Shown: piece by piece, positions 38,670 to 48,120 of the stretch | Layout: the number at the start of each line of letters is the position of its first letter | How positions within the stretch are numbered: position 1 is the first letter of the stretch | NCBI GenBank assembly: GCA_049426725.1 | Contig: JBMSYN010000004.1 | Span: 64,014 to 128,013, forward strand | Source: Candidatus Kapaibacteriota bacterium | Lineage (GTDB): Bacteria > Bacteroidota > Ignavibacteria > Kapaibacteriales > UBA961 | Reading direction: 5' to 3' | Length of the DNA stretch: 64,000 bases | Position numbers and translations under genes: made by a program | Notes under the pieces: generated by a model | What the model saw: only the letters and a program-made list of their open reading frames with translations | The model's database searches: none | What the model was told of the DNA's origin: nothing

Positions 38670-40127
38670 ATGTCAGTACGCGTTCGATTTGCACCATCCC
38701 CCACAGGCTTTCTCCATATCGGAGGATTGAGAACTGCTTTGTATAATTATCTTTTTGCAAAGCATCATGGTGGCTCTTGCATTCTGCGTATTGAGGATAC
38801 CGATCAAACTCGTTTTGTGGAGGGAGCTGAAGATAATATCGTAGAGATTTGTAGATGGGCGGGAATGGAATTTGATGAAAGTCCCGAAAATGGTGGTCCA
38901 TACGGACCCTATCGTCAATCAGATCGCACAGAAATCTATCGAACATATGCCAATGAGTTATTGCAAAAGGGGAAAGCTTATCGCGCATTTGACACTTCCG
39001 AAGAATTGGATGCCATGCGTGAAAGACAAAAGAATGCCGGAATTGCCGCAAAGTATGATAGAACAGTCATGCGAAGTGAATATACTCTCGGCCCAGAGGA
39101 GACACAAAGACTTCTCGATGCAGGTGCTGATTTTTGCATTCGATTAAAGGTTCCAGCTTCCGGAGATATTCGATTCAATGATATCGTGAGAGGTGAGGTC
39201 ATTGTCAATGCAAAAGATGTCGATGATCAAATCCTTTTGAAATCAGATGGATTTCCAACATATCACCTGGCAAATGTCGTTGACGATCATTTGATGCATA
39301 TCACTCATGTCATTCGTGGTGAAGAATGGCTTCCCTCAACACCAAAGCATGTTCTGCTGTATCAGGCATTCGAATGGGATATGCCACTCTTTGCACATTT
39401 ACCACTCTTGCTCAATCCCGATAAATCGAAAATGAGCAAGCGTTTTGGTGATGTATTCGCAAAGAGTTTCCGTGAAAAAGGATTTTTTCCGGATGCGCTC
39501 ATCAATTTTGTTGCATTGCTTGGTTGGAATCCAACATCAGACAGAGAAATCTTTTCAATGCAAGAATTGATAGATGCATTCACTCTTGAAAAAGTGAATA
39601 AAGCAGGTGCTGTCTTTGACACAAAAAAATTAGAATGGATGAATGCTCAATATCTCAGATTGACAGATCCACAATTACTTATTCCCTCATTGCAGCAAAT
39701 CTTGCATGAACACTCCATTGAAATTTCTGATGACAGAGCGAAGAGCATTTTCACATTGCTCCGTGAGCGTATTACTTTTTTGAATGAAGTTCCCACATTT
39801 GGTGCTTATATGTTTTCGGATTCTTATGAGATTGATGAAGAGTATAAAGCAAAACATTGGGATGCCGAAGCTGCTCAAGTTATCAATGCAGTATTGCCAT
39901 TGATCAAAGAGATGAATGTATTTGATCATACTGCTTTGAATGAAAACATTGGGTCTTATGCAAAAGAACATGGCATAGCTTCAAAGCTTATCATTCATCC
40001 ATTACGCATGATGCTTACAGGAAAGCAAGTTGGTGCCGGATTATATGAAACCATGGAAGTGCTTGGAAAAGAAACATGCATCAATAGAATAGAGCGATTT
40101 TTACATGCTCAGGGCAATCAATCATGA
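38670..40127 (+). CDS. gltX: Glutamyl-tRNA synthetase
   Basis: HIGH motif PSPTGFLHIGG, KMSKR motif, and a full-length anticodon-binding C-terminus. Confidence 0.95.
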   Translation: MSVRVRFAPSPTGFLHIGGLRTALYNYLFAKHHGGSCILRIEDTDQTRFVEGAEDNIVEICRWAGMEFDESPENGGPYGPYRQSDRTEIYRTYANELLQKGKAYRAFDTSEELDAMRERQKNAGIAAKYDRTVMRSEYTLGPEETQRLLDAGADFCIRLKVPASGDIRFNDIVRGEVIVNAKDVDDQILLKSDGFPTYHLANVVDDHLMHITHVIRGEEWLPSTPKHVLLYQAFEWDMPLFAHLPLLLNPDKSKMSKRFGDVFAKSFREKGFFPDALINFVALLGWNPTSDREIFSMQELIDAFTLEKVNKAGAVFDTKKLEWMNAQYLRLTDPQLLIPSLQQILHEHSIEISDDRAKSIFTLLRERITFLNEVPTFGAYMFSDSYEIDEEYKAKHWDAEAAQVINAVLPLIKEMNVFDHTALNENIGSYAKEHGIASKLIIHPLRMMLTGKQVGAGLYETMEVLGKETCINRIERFLHAQGNQS

Positions 40128-40597
40128 GAATAATTCTCCTATTGATAGCTTGCATTGCCAGTGGGTGCATGAGTGCTCCAAAAACATGCATCAGTGAAAG
40201 AACAATTGGGACCATCATTCGCTGGGGAAATGGCGATATGCAGAATGGATCCTATAAAGGATATGAAATGCATGCAAAAGAATTGGCAATTTTTGCGATT
40301 GAAAGGGATAATCTGCAGTCGGGGATGAACCCCAAAAGACTTGACTCCATTGATGTACCACTCTTTTGTGGGAGATTGCAGGAGATTGTCGGGACATTTA
40401 CTGCCATACAATCCTTATATTCGCCGGGTAAGACATATCGTTCGGTTGAGTATATCAACACAAAAACGAATGTTCACATGAAAGCCATCTGGAACCCGGA
40501 ATTTGCAACATTTGGCAGCAAAGAGTTTCGAGCGATTTATGATTCTTTGATGTTGGCGGTACCTTTGATGAATTCTTCGGTACATGAAAAAAACTAA
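40124..40597 (+). CDS. Hypothetical lipoprotein
   Basis: Lipobox LIACIASGC. The start overlaps the gltX stop (ATGA). Confidence 0.5.
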   Translation: MRIILLLIACIASGCMSAPKTCISERTIGTIIRWGNGDMQNGSYKGYEMHAKELAIFAIERDNLQSGMNPKRLDSIDVPLFCGRLQEIVGTFTAIQSLYSPGKTYRSVEYINTKTNVHMKAIWNPEFATFGSKEFRAIYDSLMLAVPLMNSSVHEKN

Positions 40598-40614
40598 TAT
40601 ACATATTGGGTTGA

Positions 40615-42072
40615 TTGTTTCATTATTACCTCGCTTGTGCGGGGGGGGATTATATTTTGGCGTCTGAAATCACAATTTTATTGGTGGATGATAATCCGGA
40701 GTTCTCCGATACTCTTGCAGATATTATCGGGGGTTTTGGTTGGAAAACACATGCATGCAATTCGCCTGAAGATGCGCTTGCATTCATTGAAAATAATCAT
40801 CGTTCTTTGTCATTGATGTTGCTGGATATAGAATTTATCAATTCACAGATGAATGGACTTGATGTTCTTGGGCAAAGCGTCAAGAAGTATCCGTCTTTGC
40901 CTGTCATCATGATATCAGGCAAAGGAACTATTCAAAATGCAGTGCATGCCACAAAGCTTGGTGCGGTGAATTTCATCGAAAAAAGTTCAATTTCAACAGA
41001 TCGTTTGCGCGATGTTTTGACGAGTACTCTCGAAAAATTACAAGTACAAAGTGAACAACATGAACTTCTGAAGATCATCCAAAAACAAGGTATCATTGGC
41101 AAAAGCGATGCTTTGCTGAAAGTAGCCGATAAAATTATTCGATTCGGCAAAACGGATTTGAATGTTCTTGTTACAGGTGAAACCGGTACCGGAAAAAAAC
41201 TGGTTGCAGAAGCCATTCATGCCGTAAGTCGAAGGGCGCATCATCCCGTAGTCACGGTTGATATTCCGAATATTCCGAGAGAATTGTTCCAAAGCGAATT
41301 GTTTGGACATTTGCGTGGATCCTTTTCGGGTGCGCATGACAATAAAAAAGGATTATTTCATCAAGCCAATAAAGGATCTCTTTTTCTTGATGAAATCGGT
41401 GATTTGCCACTTGAGTTGCAAGCAAATCTCCTGCTTCCAATCGAAACAAAAATCATTCGGAGAGTGGGTTCGGTTGAAGCAGAAGAAGTTGATGTGCGTT
41501 TTATTTCTGCAACAGACAGAGATTTGCTCGGAGCAATGCGCGATGGAAAATTCAGAGAGCAATTATATCACCGTTTGAGAGAGTGTGAAATTACTATTCC
41601 TCCTTTGAGCGAGAGAAAAGAAGACATTCCTCTCATTGTGGATCATTATCTCAAGAAGCACAATGAAAAAATGGTTGACAATAAATCATTTTCTCCGGCT
41701 GCAATAGAATATTTGCAGGATCACACCTGGAAAGGAAATGTGCGAGAATTGCAAAGCACGCTACGCGTGGTATTGCAAACAGTTTCATCAGATACCATTG
41801 AGATTCGTGATATACATGCTGTTGCGAGTCCGAATGAGCGCATCTATTCAGAGCCGAAGTCTGCTTCAAGTGATCAGTTTTCCATAACTAGCGATGGTTC
41901 ATTGAAAGATGACATAGCCAGAGCTGATAAAATGAAGATCATTTCCACATTGCAAAAATGTAATGGAAATGTGAGCAAAGCTGCAGCATTGCTTGCAATC
42001 AGCAGAGAGACTCTTCACAATAAAATTCGACGCTATGAAATCGATGTCAATAAATTCAGATCCGGCAAATAA
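40615..42072 (+). CDS. Sigma-54-dependent response regulator of the NtrC family (receiver domain, AAA+ sigma-54 activator domain, Fis-type HTH)
   Basis: Receiver domain ILLVDDNPEF..MLLDIEF. Walker A GETGTGKKLVAEAIH, GAFTGA-like GSFSGA, and a C-terminal HTH. There is no ATG near the 5' end, and the start is more likely the TTG at 40657, 7 codons before ILLVDD. Confidence 0.85.
   Translation: MFHYYLACAGGDYILASEITILLVDDNPEFSDTLADIIGGFGWKTHACNSPEDALAFIENNHRSLSLMLLDIEFINSQMNGLDVLGQSVKKYPSLPVIMISGKGTIQNAVHATKLGAVNFIEKSSISTDRLRDVLTSTLEKLQVQSEQHELLKIIQKQGIIGKSDALLKVADKIIRFGKTDLNVLVTGETGTGKKLVAEAIHAVSRRAHHPVVTVDIPNIPRELFQSELFGHLRGSFSGAHDNKKGLFHQANKGSLFLDEIGDLPLELQANLLLPIETKIIRRVGSVEAEEVDVRFISATDRDLLGAMRDGKFREQLYHRLRECEITIPPLSERKEDIPLIVDHYLKKHNEKMVDNKSFSPAAIEYLQDHTWKGNVRELQSTLRVVLQTVSSDTIEIRDIHAVASPNERIYSEPKSASSDQFSITSDGSLKDDIARADKMKIISTLQKCNGNVSKAAALLAISRETLHNKIRRYEIDVNKFRSGK
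40641..40648. repeat. G8 homopolymeric tract at the 5' end of the sigma-54 activator gene
   Basis: GGGGGGGG read directly from the sequence. It lies either within the first codons (the GG of ACAGGD) or 9 nt upstream of the likely TTG start. Confidence 0.9.
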
Positions 42073-42073
42073 G

Positions 42074-42550
42074 ATGAAAGTTATTGCTCTGTTCTGCTTT
42101 GTTCTTTTTCAACTGCTCATGAGTTGCTCCACTGTCTCCATTCCAATGCGTGACAGTGTTGAATCGTATACAGTGACATTGGAAAGAACGGCATGCAGAG
42201 GAAATTGTCCCGTTTATGGATTCACTGTGAATGGAGATGGTACGGTTGAATATGAAGGATATCTGAATACTCCTTTTCAAGGAAAAAAGATTGGAGTGAT
42301 ACCCAAAGATTCTGTATCTGCATTGATCCGTGCAATTGAATCCGTCAACATTGATGATCTTCAACCAATGTATGTACAGCAATCAACAACTGATATGCCT
42401 TCTGTGATATTCACGGTTCAACATATGAGAAATGGAATCATACGAGGCAAAAAAATCCTTGATTATCAAGGTGATGCCACTGCACCCAAATCCTTGCGAT
42501 TATTGTATGATCGTATTGATGCATGGTATTCAATCATTCAATGGCAATAA
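42074..42550 (+). CDS. Hypothetical lipoprotein
   Basis: Lipobox LLMSCST. The conserved-looking motif TACRGNCPVYGFTVNGDGTVEYEGY is present. Confidence 0.5.
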   Translation: MKVIALFCFVLFQLLMSCSTVSIPMRDSVESYTVTLERTACRGNCPVYGFTVNGDGTVEYEGYLNTPFQGKKIGVIPKDSVSALIRAIESVNIDDLQPMYVQQSTTDMPSVIFTVQHMRNGIIRGKKILDYQGDATAPKSLRLLYDRIDAWYSIIQWQ

Positions 42551-42573
42551 TTGTTTTATAACTGAGCAGAAAC

Positions 42574-43521
42574 ATGACAGAATTGATCAAGCGATATAAA
42601 GACTGGAAAAAGGAAAGAGATGCAAAAAGGAAAGAGCCCTCAACTCCCGTTGAGCATGTCATTGCATGGTTTAAAACAATGTTTGGAGCGATTTTCTTCA
42701 TCATGATTGTGAATGGATTGCTCTTTGGTTCTTTTGTTGTTCCTACAGGTTCAATGGAAAATACTGTTGCCACAGGTGATTTTGTATTTGTAAATAGATT
42801 GATTTATGCGCCTTCAACACCACAGATGATTCCATTTATAAATAAACCACTACCATTTTATCGTTTGCCCGGTTATGCCACTCCCAAAGTTGGTGATGTG
42901 ATTGTCTTCATCTATCCCGGTGATAGAGATGATATCGAACCTCGTGACTTTACGTATTATCTCAAGCGTTGTGTAGGTATTGCTGGTGATACGGTAGAAA
43001 TCCGAAAGACGAGAGTATATGTAAATGGCAAAGAATTTGGATTGCCAAGAGATGGAAAATTTGATTTATCAATGGAACCACCCGTTGAGTATAAAGATCA
43101 ATGGCTTCAAGCACAAAAAGAACATTCATTTCCCATTGGAAGAGGGTATACCCGTGATGATTGGGGTCCGATGCGAATTCCAAAGAGTGGTGATGTGATT
43201 CAACTTAGCAAAACCAATATCATGGAATGGGAAATATTCATTCGCAGAGAAGGTCATACCTTGGCGATTGAAGGTGATAAGATATATATCGACGGAAAAG
43301 CCACATCAACGTATACCGTAAAAAGAGATTATTGTTTTGGTTTGGGAGACAATCGCAATAATAGTGAGGATAGTCGCTATTGGGGATTTATTCCCGTTGA
43401 GAATATTATCGGCACTCCCATGATTGTATATTGGTCTTGGGATACAGGTCGTCCAATCACTGATCTCTTTAAAAAGATTGCATCCATTCGATGGTCTCGC
43501 ATAGGCACCATCATTCAATGA
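42574..43521 (+). CDS. lepB: Signal peptidase I
   Basis: Catalytic Ser region VPTGSMENTV, the KRCVGIAGD Lys box, and the GDNRNNSEDSRYWGFIP box E. Confidence 0.9.
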   Translation: MTELIKRYKDWKKERDAKRKEPSTPVEHVIAWFKTMFGAIFFIMIVNGLLFGSFVVPTGSMENTVATGDFVFVNRLIYAPSTPQMIPFINKPLPFYRLPGYATPKVGDVIVFIYPGDRDDIEPRDFTYYLKRCVGIAGDTVEIRKTRVYVNGKEFGLPRDGKFDLSMEPPVEYKDQWLQAQKEHSFPIGRGYTRDDWGPMRIPKSGDVIQLSKTNIMEWEIFIRREGHTLAIEGDKIYIDGKATSTYTVKRDYCFGLGDNRNNSEDSRYWGFIPVENIIGTPMIVYWSWDTGRPITDLFKKIASIRWSRIGTIIQ

Positions 43522-43551
43522 GTGATTCCGCACTCAAATCAGGCATAGAGC

Positions 43552-44340
43552 ATGATTGAATTGTTCCGCATAGGTTTCTTGCAAATCACATTGATTGATG
43601 TGCTTGATATCAGCATCGTCACAATTCTATTCTTTTCATTGTACACAGTTTTGCGTGATACAATTGCAGTGAGGATTTTGCTCGGATTTATACTGATGTT
43701 GATTGTATCATTCATCACCCAATCGTTAAATCTCAAAGCATTGAATTGGATTTTGCGTGCGATAGCAGATATTTGGCTCATTGCATTCATCATTCTATTC
43801 CAACCGGAGATTCGAAGAGTATTGCTCATGATCACAAGAACAAAGTTGTTTCGCGTGATCGTAAAAAGGAATATGTCGCAAACTCTCGATCAAATTGTTG
43901 ATGCAGTCAAAGAATTATCCGATAGGCATGTGGGTGCATTGCTGGTATTTCCGAGATCTCAAAATATCAAAATGACAATTGACACCGGAATACCGATTCA
44001 AGCGCTGGTGAGTTCAGAATTGCTTCTTTCTTTGTTTAATCCCAAATCGCCTTTGCATGACGGAGCGGTTATTATCGAAAATGACATGATCACTGCCGCC
44101 AAATGCGTATTGCCATTGAGCGCTATGTCCAGAACAGATTTGGGAAACCTTGGAACCAGACACAGAGCGGCACTTGGTCTATCAGAACAATCTGATGCGG
44201 TTGTAGTGATTGTCTCGGAAGAAACAGGTGCAATTTCTCTTGCAAAAGAAGGACATCTCACGCAGCAAGTTGGTATCAAAACATTTCCAACATTATTGCA
44301 AAAATATCTGTCATCAGGCACAATAGCCGATGGTGAATGA
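43552..44340 (+). CDS. cdaA: Diadenylate cyclase (c-di-AMP synthase, membrane-anchored CdaA type)
   Basis: Three N-terminal TM helices, then the DAC domain with DGA (SPLHDGAVII) and RHRAA (GTRHRAALGLSEQSDAVVVIVSEETG) motifs. Confidence 0.9.
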   Translation: MIELFRIGFLQITLIDVLDISIVTILFFSLYTVLRDTIAVRILLGFILMLIVSFITQSLNLKALNWILRAIADIWLIAFIILFQPEIRRVLLMITRTKLFRVIVKRNMSQTLDQIVDAVKELSDRHVGALLVFPRSQNIKMTIDTGIPIQALVSSELLLSLFNPKSPLHDGAVIIENDMITAAKCVLPLSAMSRTDLGNLGTRHRAALGLSEQSDAVVVIVSEETGAISLAKEGHLTQQVGIKTFPTLLQKYLSSGTIADGE

Positions 44341-44387
44341 TCATTCCCCGAATTGTGCAGCCAATTCGGATAATCCCGTGAAAACAC

Positions 44388-45044
44388 ATGAGTCGACAAT
44401 TTCAGGATGCATGCAATCAATTGATTGACACGCTTCGAGCAAAAGGCATAGTCAATGAAAATGTGTTGCGTGCCATGCAGCAAGTTCCAAGAGAACGCTT
44501 TGTTTCAGGTCCTTTCAAACAAAGGGCTTATGAAGATGTTGCATTGCCAATAGACAAACATCAAACCATTTCTCAGCCATTCACCGTAGCGAGAATGACA
44601 GAATTATTAGAACCCAAACCGGGTGATGCGATTCTTGAAATAGGTACCGGTTCTGGTTATCAAGCAGCGATACTTGCAGAAATGGGAGCAAAAGTGTACA
44701 CCATTGAACGACATTTTGAATTGTACAATGCTGCGAGAACTATATTGAAGGAATTATACCCTATTGCTCAAATCCAATGCAGATTTGGTGATGGAACAAT
44801 TGGTTGGTCTGAATTTGCTCCATATCAAGGAATCATTGTCACTGCCGGGGCACCTGAAATTCCTGAAGCTTTGCTTAAACAATTGGCAATTGGTGGACAT
44901 TGCATCATTCCTGTTGGCAATGAGCGTTCGCAAGTCATGCATTGCATCATTCGTGAAGATGAACAAAGTTTTGCCGATTATCCTCTTGAGGATGTTAGTT
45001 TTGTTCCATTAATTGGCAAACAAGGCTGGAATGGAGAATCATGA
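44388..45044 (+). CDS. pcm: Protein-L-isoaspartate O-methyltransferase
   Basis: SAM-binding motif ILEIGTGSGYQAAILAEMG and the PIMT N-terminal signature. Confidence 0.9.
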   Translation: MSRQFQDACNQLIDTLRAKGIVNENVLRAMQQVPRERFVSGPFKQRAYEDVALPIDKHQTISQPFTVARMTELLEPKPGDAILEIGTGSGYQAAILAEMGAKVYTIERHFELYNAARTILKELYPIAQIQCRFGDGTIGWSEFAPYQGIIVTAGAPEIPEALLKQLAIGGHCIIPVGNERSQVMHCIIREDEQSFADYPLEDVSFVPLIGKQGWNGES

Positions 45045-45502
45045 TGAATGAAATCGACATACTCACAGAAGTGAAGAAGCTGAAAAGCGAGAAAAAGAGA
45101 ATTGTCTTTACAAATGGCTGTTTTGACATTTTGCATAAAGGTCATGTAGCATATTTGCAAGCGGCAAAATCCTTGGGGGATATTCTGATCGTGGGCATGA
45201 ATACAGATGATTCTGTCAAAAGACTGAAGGGATCGGAGCGTCCTGTTAACTCACTCGAAGATCGTGCTTTCGTTTTATCTTCATTGCGTTCTGTAGACTA
45301 TGTCGTGCCATTCGATGAGGATACACCGCTTTCACTCATTGAATCCATCATGCCTGATATATTGGTAAAAGGCGGTGATTATACAATCGATACCATCATT
45401 GGTGCAAAAGAGGTCATTGCGCATGGTGGAGCAGTTGAAATCATTCCATTTGTTGAGGGCAAATCCACGACCTCCATCATAGAAGCAATCAAGAAGTCTT
45501 GA
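45041..45502 (+). CDS. rfaE2: D-glycero-beta-D-manno-heptose-1-phosphate adenylyltransferase (RfaE domain II / cytidylyltransferase-like)
   Basis: NGCFDILHKGHVAYL nucleotidyltransferase motif. The size, about 153 aa, fits a stand-alone domain II. Confidence 0.8.
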   Translation: MMNEIDILTEVKKLKSEKKRIVFTNGCFDILHKGHVAYLQAAKSLGDILIVGMNTDDSVKRLKGSERPVNSLEDRAFVLSSLRSVDYVVPFDEDTPLSLIESIMPDILVKGGDYTIDTIIGAKEVIAHGGAVEIIPFVEGKSTTSIIEAIKKS

Positions 45503-46859
45503 CCAATTCTTGATAGTTGTTCATCAAAGATTCCAAAGCTTCTCTATGCATTTCCGAATCGCTATCCAAAATGCCGGGTATCTCAAGCATGCCATCAATG
45601 ATTGATTCATTCAGTTTGCCTCTTCTCAATGCCTCAGAATAGGGCATGTGATTGAATGTCACCATGGAATAAGCCGTGTGGAATGAATCCGGGAACATAT
45701 CCGAGAGCATTCTTTCAGCTTTTTTTCTTCTCAAAAACTCAGGATCGGCAACTAGATCACGCATTTCAATGAAATTGTTCAAAGCCAATTCAGCAATAGC
45801 ATCTCCATTGGGTTTTCTTGCAAGTTCATAGGCATGGAATAGGAAAGTCCAATCATCACTCGAATGTGCTTCAAGCATTTCATCAAACACTCTGCAGTCT
45901 TCAAATCCTGCATTCATGCCTTGTCCGAAGAATGGAACGATCGCATGGGCAGCATCACCCATCAATAAAACTTTATTCTTATATGCCCATGGAAAAGCTT
46001 TTACCGTTACTAAAGATGAAACAGGATTATTGCGATAATCTTCCAATAAGGATGGCATCATTTTCATCGCATCAGGAAATTGCTCCGCAAAGAATGACAT
46101 TATTTGTTCATCGGTTTGCAATGATGAAAATGATGGATTTCCTTCAAAAGGAAAAAAGAGCGTGCAGGTAAAACTACCGTCCATATTTGGCAATGCAATC
46201 ATCATGTATTGCTTTCTTGGCCAAATGTGAAGAGCATGTTTTTCCATTTTAAAATCACCGGTCATATCAGCGGGAATATGTAATTCCTTATATCCATGTT
46301 CGATATAAAATTGCTGATAATTGAATCGGTCGGTTTTTTGTAGTACCTCACGCACCGCAGAATATGCACCATCGGTTGCAATGATGCAATCAGATTCAAT
46401 GATGGAAGTACTGCCATCTTGATGCATGAAATGAGCTGTGGCAGATTCCAAATCCACATGTGTGCATCGCACATTGAATGTAATATTCACATTCTCAAAG
46501 GTGTCCGCACATTCAAGCAAAGCTTTGTTGATACCACCTCTTGACACCGAATTGATTGCCTGACCTTCCTTCCCATAGGGTTGATATTGCTGAGCGCCGT
46601 CTATGGAATGCATTATTCTTCCATGCATCGGAATGGCAACGGAAAGGATATCATCAACTATTCCAGCTGCTTTCAATCCGCGAAGACCTCTGTCGGACAA
46701 TGCAAGATTTATTGATCTCCCTGCACTTAAGGTATTCAATCGCATGTCCGGTCTGCGCTCGAAAATTGAAATTGAATGACCTCTTTTTGCCAAATACACA
46801 GATAAAAGGCATCCTACAGGCCCAGCTCCGATGATGGTGATATGTTTGCTCATGTTCAC
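45489..46859 (-). CDS. kmo: FAD-dependent aromatic-ring monooxygenase, probably kynurenine 3-monooxygenase
   Basis: N-terminal dinucleotide fold ITIIGAGPVGCLLSVYLAKRGHSISIFERR, a GD motif (GDAAHAIVPFFGQGMN), and length and architecture typical of bacterial KMO. Confidence 0.65.
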   Translation of the reverse strand: MNMSKHITIIGAGPVGCLLSVYLAKRGHSISIFERRPDMRLNTLSAGRSINLALSDRGLRGLKAAGIVDDILSVAIPMHGRIMHSIDGAQQYQPYGKEGQAINSVSRGGINKALLECADTFENVNITFNVRCTHVDLESATAHFMHQDGSTSIIESDCIIATDGAYSAVREVLQKTDRFNYQQFYIEHGYKELHIPADMTGDFKMEKHALHIWPRKQYMMIALPNMDGSFTCTLFFPFEGNPSFSSLQTDEQIMSFFAEQFPDAMKMMPSLLEDYRNNPVSSLVTVKAFPWAYKNKVLLMGDAAHAIVPFFGQGMNAGFEDCRVFDEMLEAHSSDDWTFLFHAYELARKPNGDAIAELALNNFIEMRDLVADPEFLRRKKAERMLSDMFPDSFHTAYSMVTFNHMPYSEALRRGKLNESIIDGMLEIPGILDSDSEMHREALESLMNNYQELVKTS

Positions 46860-46979
46860 TACTTTATTGATGAATTCAAGACTACAAAATTAACAACTCT
46901 ATGCCAACCTAAGTTCATTCAGAAATACACTGAACAAAAAATGGTAATTTCACGGTAATTCTTGTTTAATTTTTGTTGA

Positions 46980-48119
46980 TTGGTTCTATTGAGAGGCAAT
47001 ATCTTTCCATATATTCTCTTTTTCATGATTCATGCATCTGTGATGTCATGGGGCGGGGAGACTTTGATTCGATGTTCACCATATCTTGATACATTGAATC
47101 CTAGGATTGCTCAAGCCATTCAAACATGGAAGAATTATGTGTCTTCCTCCCCGGATTCATTGCAGGAGCATGCGCTTTGGCCGGAAAAAGACAAAAATGA
47201 ACGTTTTTCTTTTGATCCTGCGAGAGTTTGGGTATTTCAATCAAAAGAATTCATGAAGACATATCCAGGTTTGATTGTAAGCGCACATGAGATTGAACCC
47301 GGATCAGTGATGATAAAGACATTGTTTCAAGGAACGGATTCAACAGGATTGACCATCCCAATTGCCTTATACAAAGTGATAGTTAAGTCAACTGGCAAAG
47401 AATGGCATCTAGAACATGTATTGGATCACATGACAAGTGATTGGACCAAAAGAACAATTGGAGGCATTACCTTTGTCATGTCCCCCGAACATCGCTATTC
47501 TTCTGGCACGGCGAGAAAAGCAGTGAGATTTTGTGATTCATTGACTGCTTTGTTTGATTTGCATGACATAGAACAGGCGACCTATTTTGTGGCGCAATCA
47601 AAAGAGGAACTGGCTTCCATTTTAGGATTTGATTTTTTTGTATCCATTCCGCAAGGATTAACATATCCCGAGAAAGAATATGTGTTCACTGCCATGGATA
47701 CGGAGTTTCATTCTCATGAATTGGCACATCTAATCTTTGGATCTTTCTCAAAAACACATACCTTTATCATTGAAGGCATCTCCACTTGGCTGGGAGGAAG
47801 TTTAGGTCAATCATTTGAAACATTGAGTAAATTGCTTGCAAAAGAATATGTTGCAAGACCTCAAACTTTGAGTTTTGATGCTGTTCTCAAGGCGGGGCAA
47901 CAAGAATCGCTGGCATTTTACACATTTGGTGCAATTATATGCAAGCAAGTCTTTCATTTGTCCGGTGGTACCGGGTTAAAAAAATTCTTGGATGATGCAA
48001 GAGTGGAATCGAAAGATTTGTCAACTGTCATTGCAAGACATTTGGCCATCCAAGAACATGAAATAGATGCATTCATCAAAACTTCATTACTTGATTCACA
48101 TACATACAATAGTGATTGA
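46980..48119 (+). CDS. Hypothetical protein with an HExxH motif, a possible zinc metallopeptidase-like protein
   Basis: HELAH within EFHSHELAHLIFGS. There is no signal peptide. The first ATG is at 47025 and the ORF begins with TTG. Confidence 0.45.
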   Translation: MVLLRGNIFPYILFFMIHASVMSWGGETLIRCSPYLDTLNPRIAQAIQTWKNYVSSSPDSLQEHALWPEKDKNERFSFDPARVWVFQSKEFMKTYPGLIVSAHEIEPGSVMIKTLFQGTDSTGLTIPIALYKVIVKSTGKEWHLEHVLDHMTSDWTKRTIGGITFVMSPEHRYSSGTARKAVRFCDSLTALFDLHDIEQATYFVAQSKEELASILGFDFFVSIPQGLTYPEKEYVFTAMDTEFHSHELAHLIFGSFSKTHTFIIEGISTWLGGSLGQSFETLSKLLAKEYVARPQTLSFDAVLKAGQQESLAFYTFGAIICKQVFHLSGGTGLKKFLDDARVESKDLSTVIARHLAIQEHEIDAFIKTSLLDSHTYNSD

Positions 48120-48120
48120 T

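Noticed and set aside
40615-40656. TTG start at 40615 for the sigma-54 activator
   Set aside because: It gives a 20-residue pre-receiver extension (MFHYYLACAGGDY..) atypical of receiver domains. The TTG at 40657 is preferred, but this cannot be decided from sequence alone.
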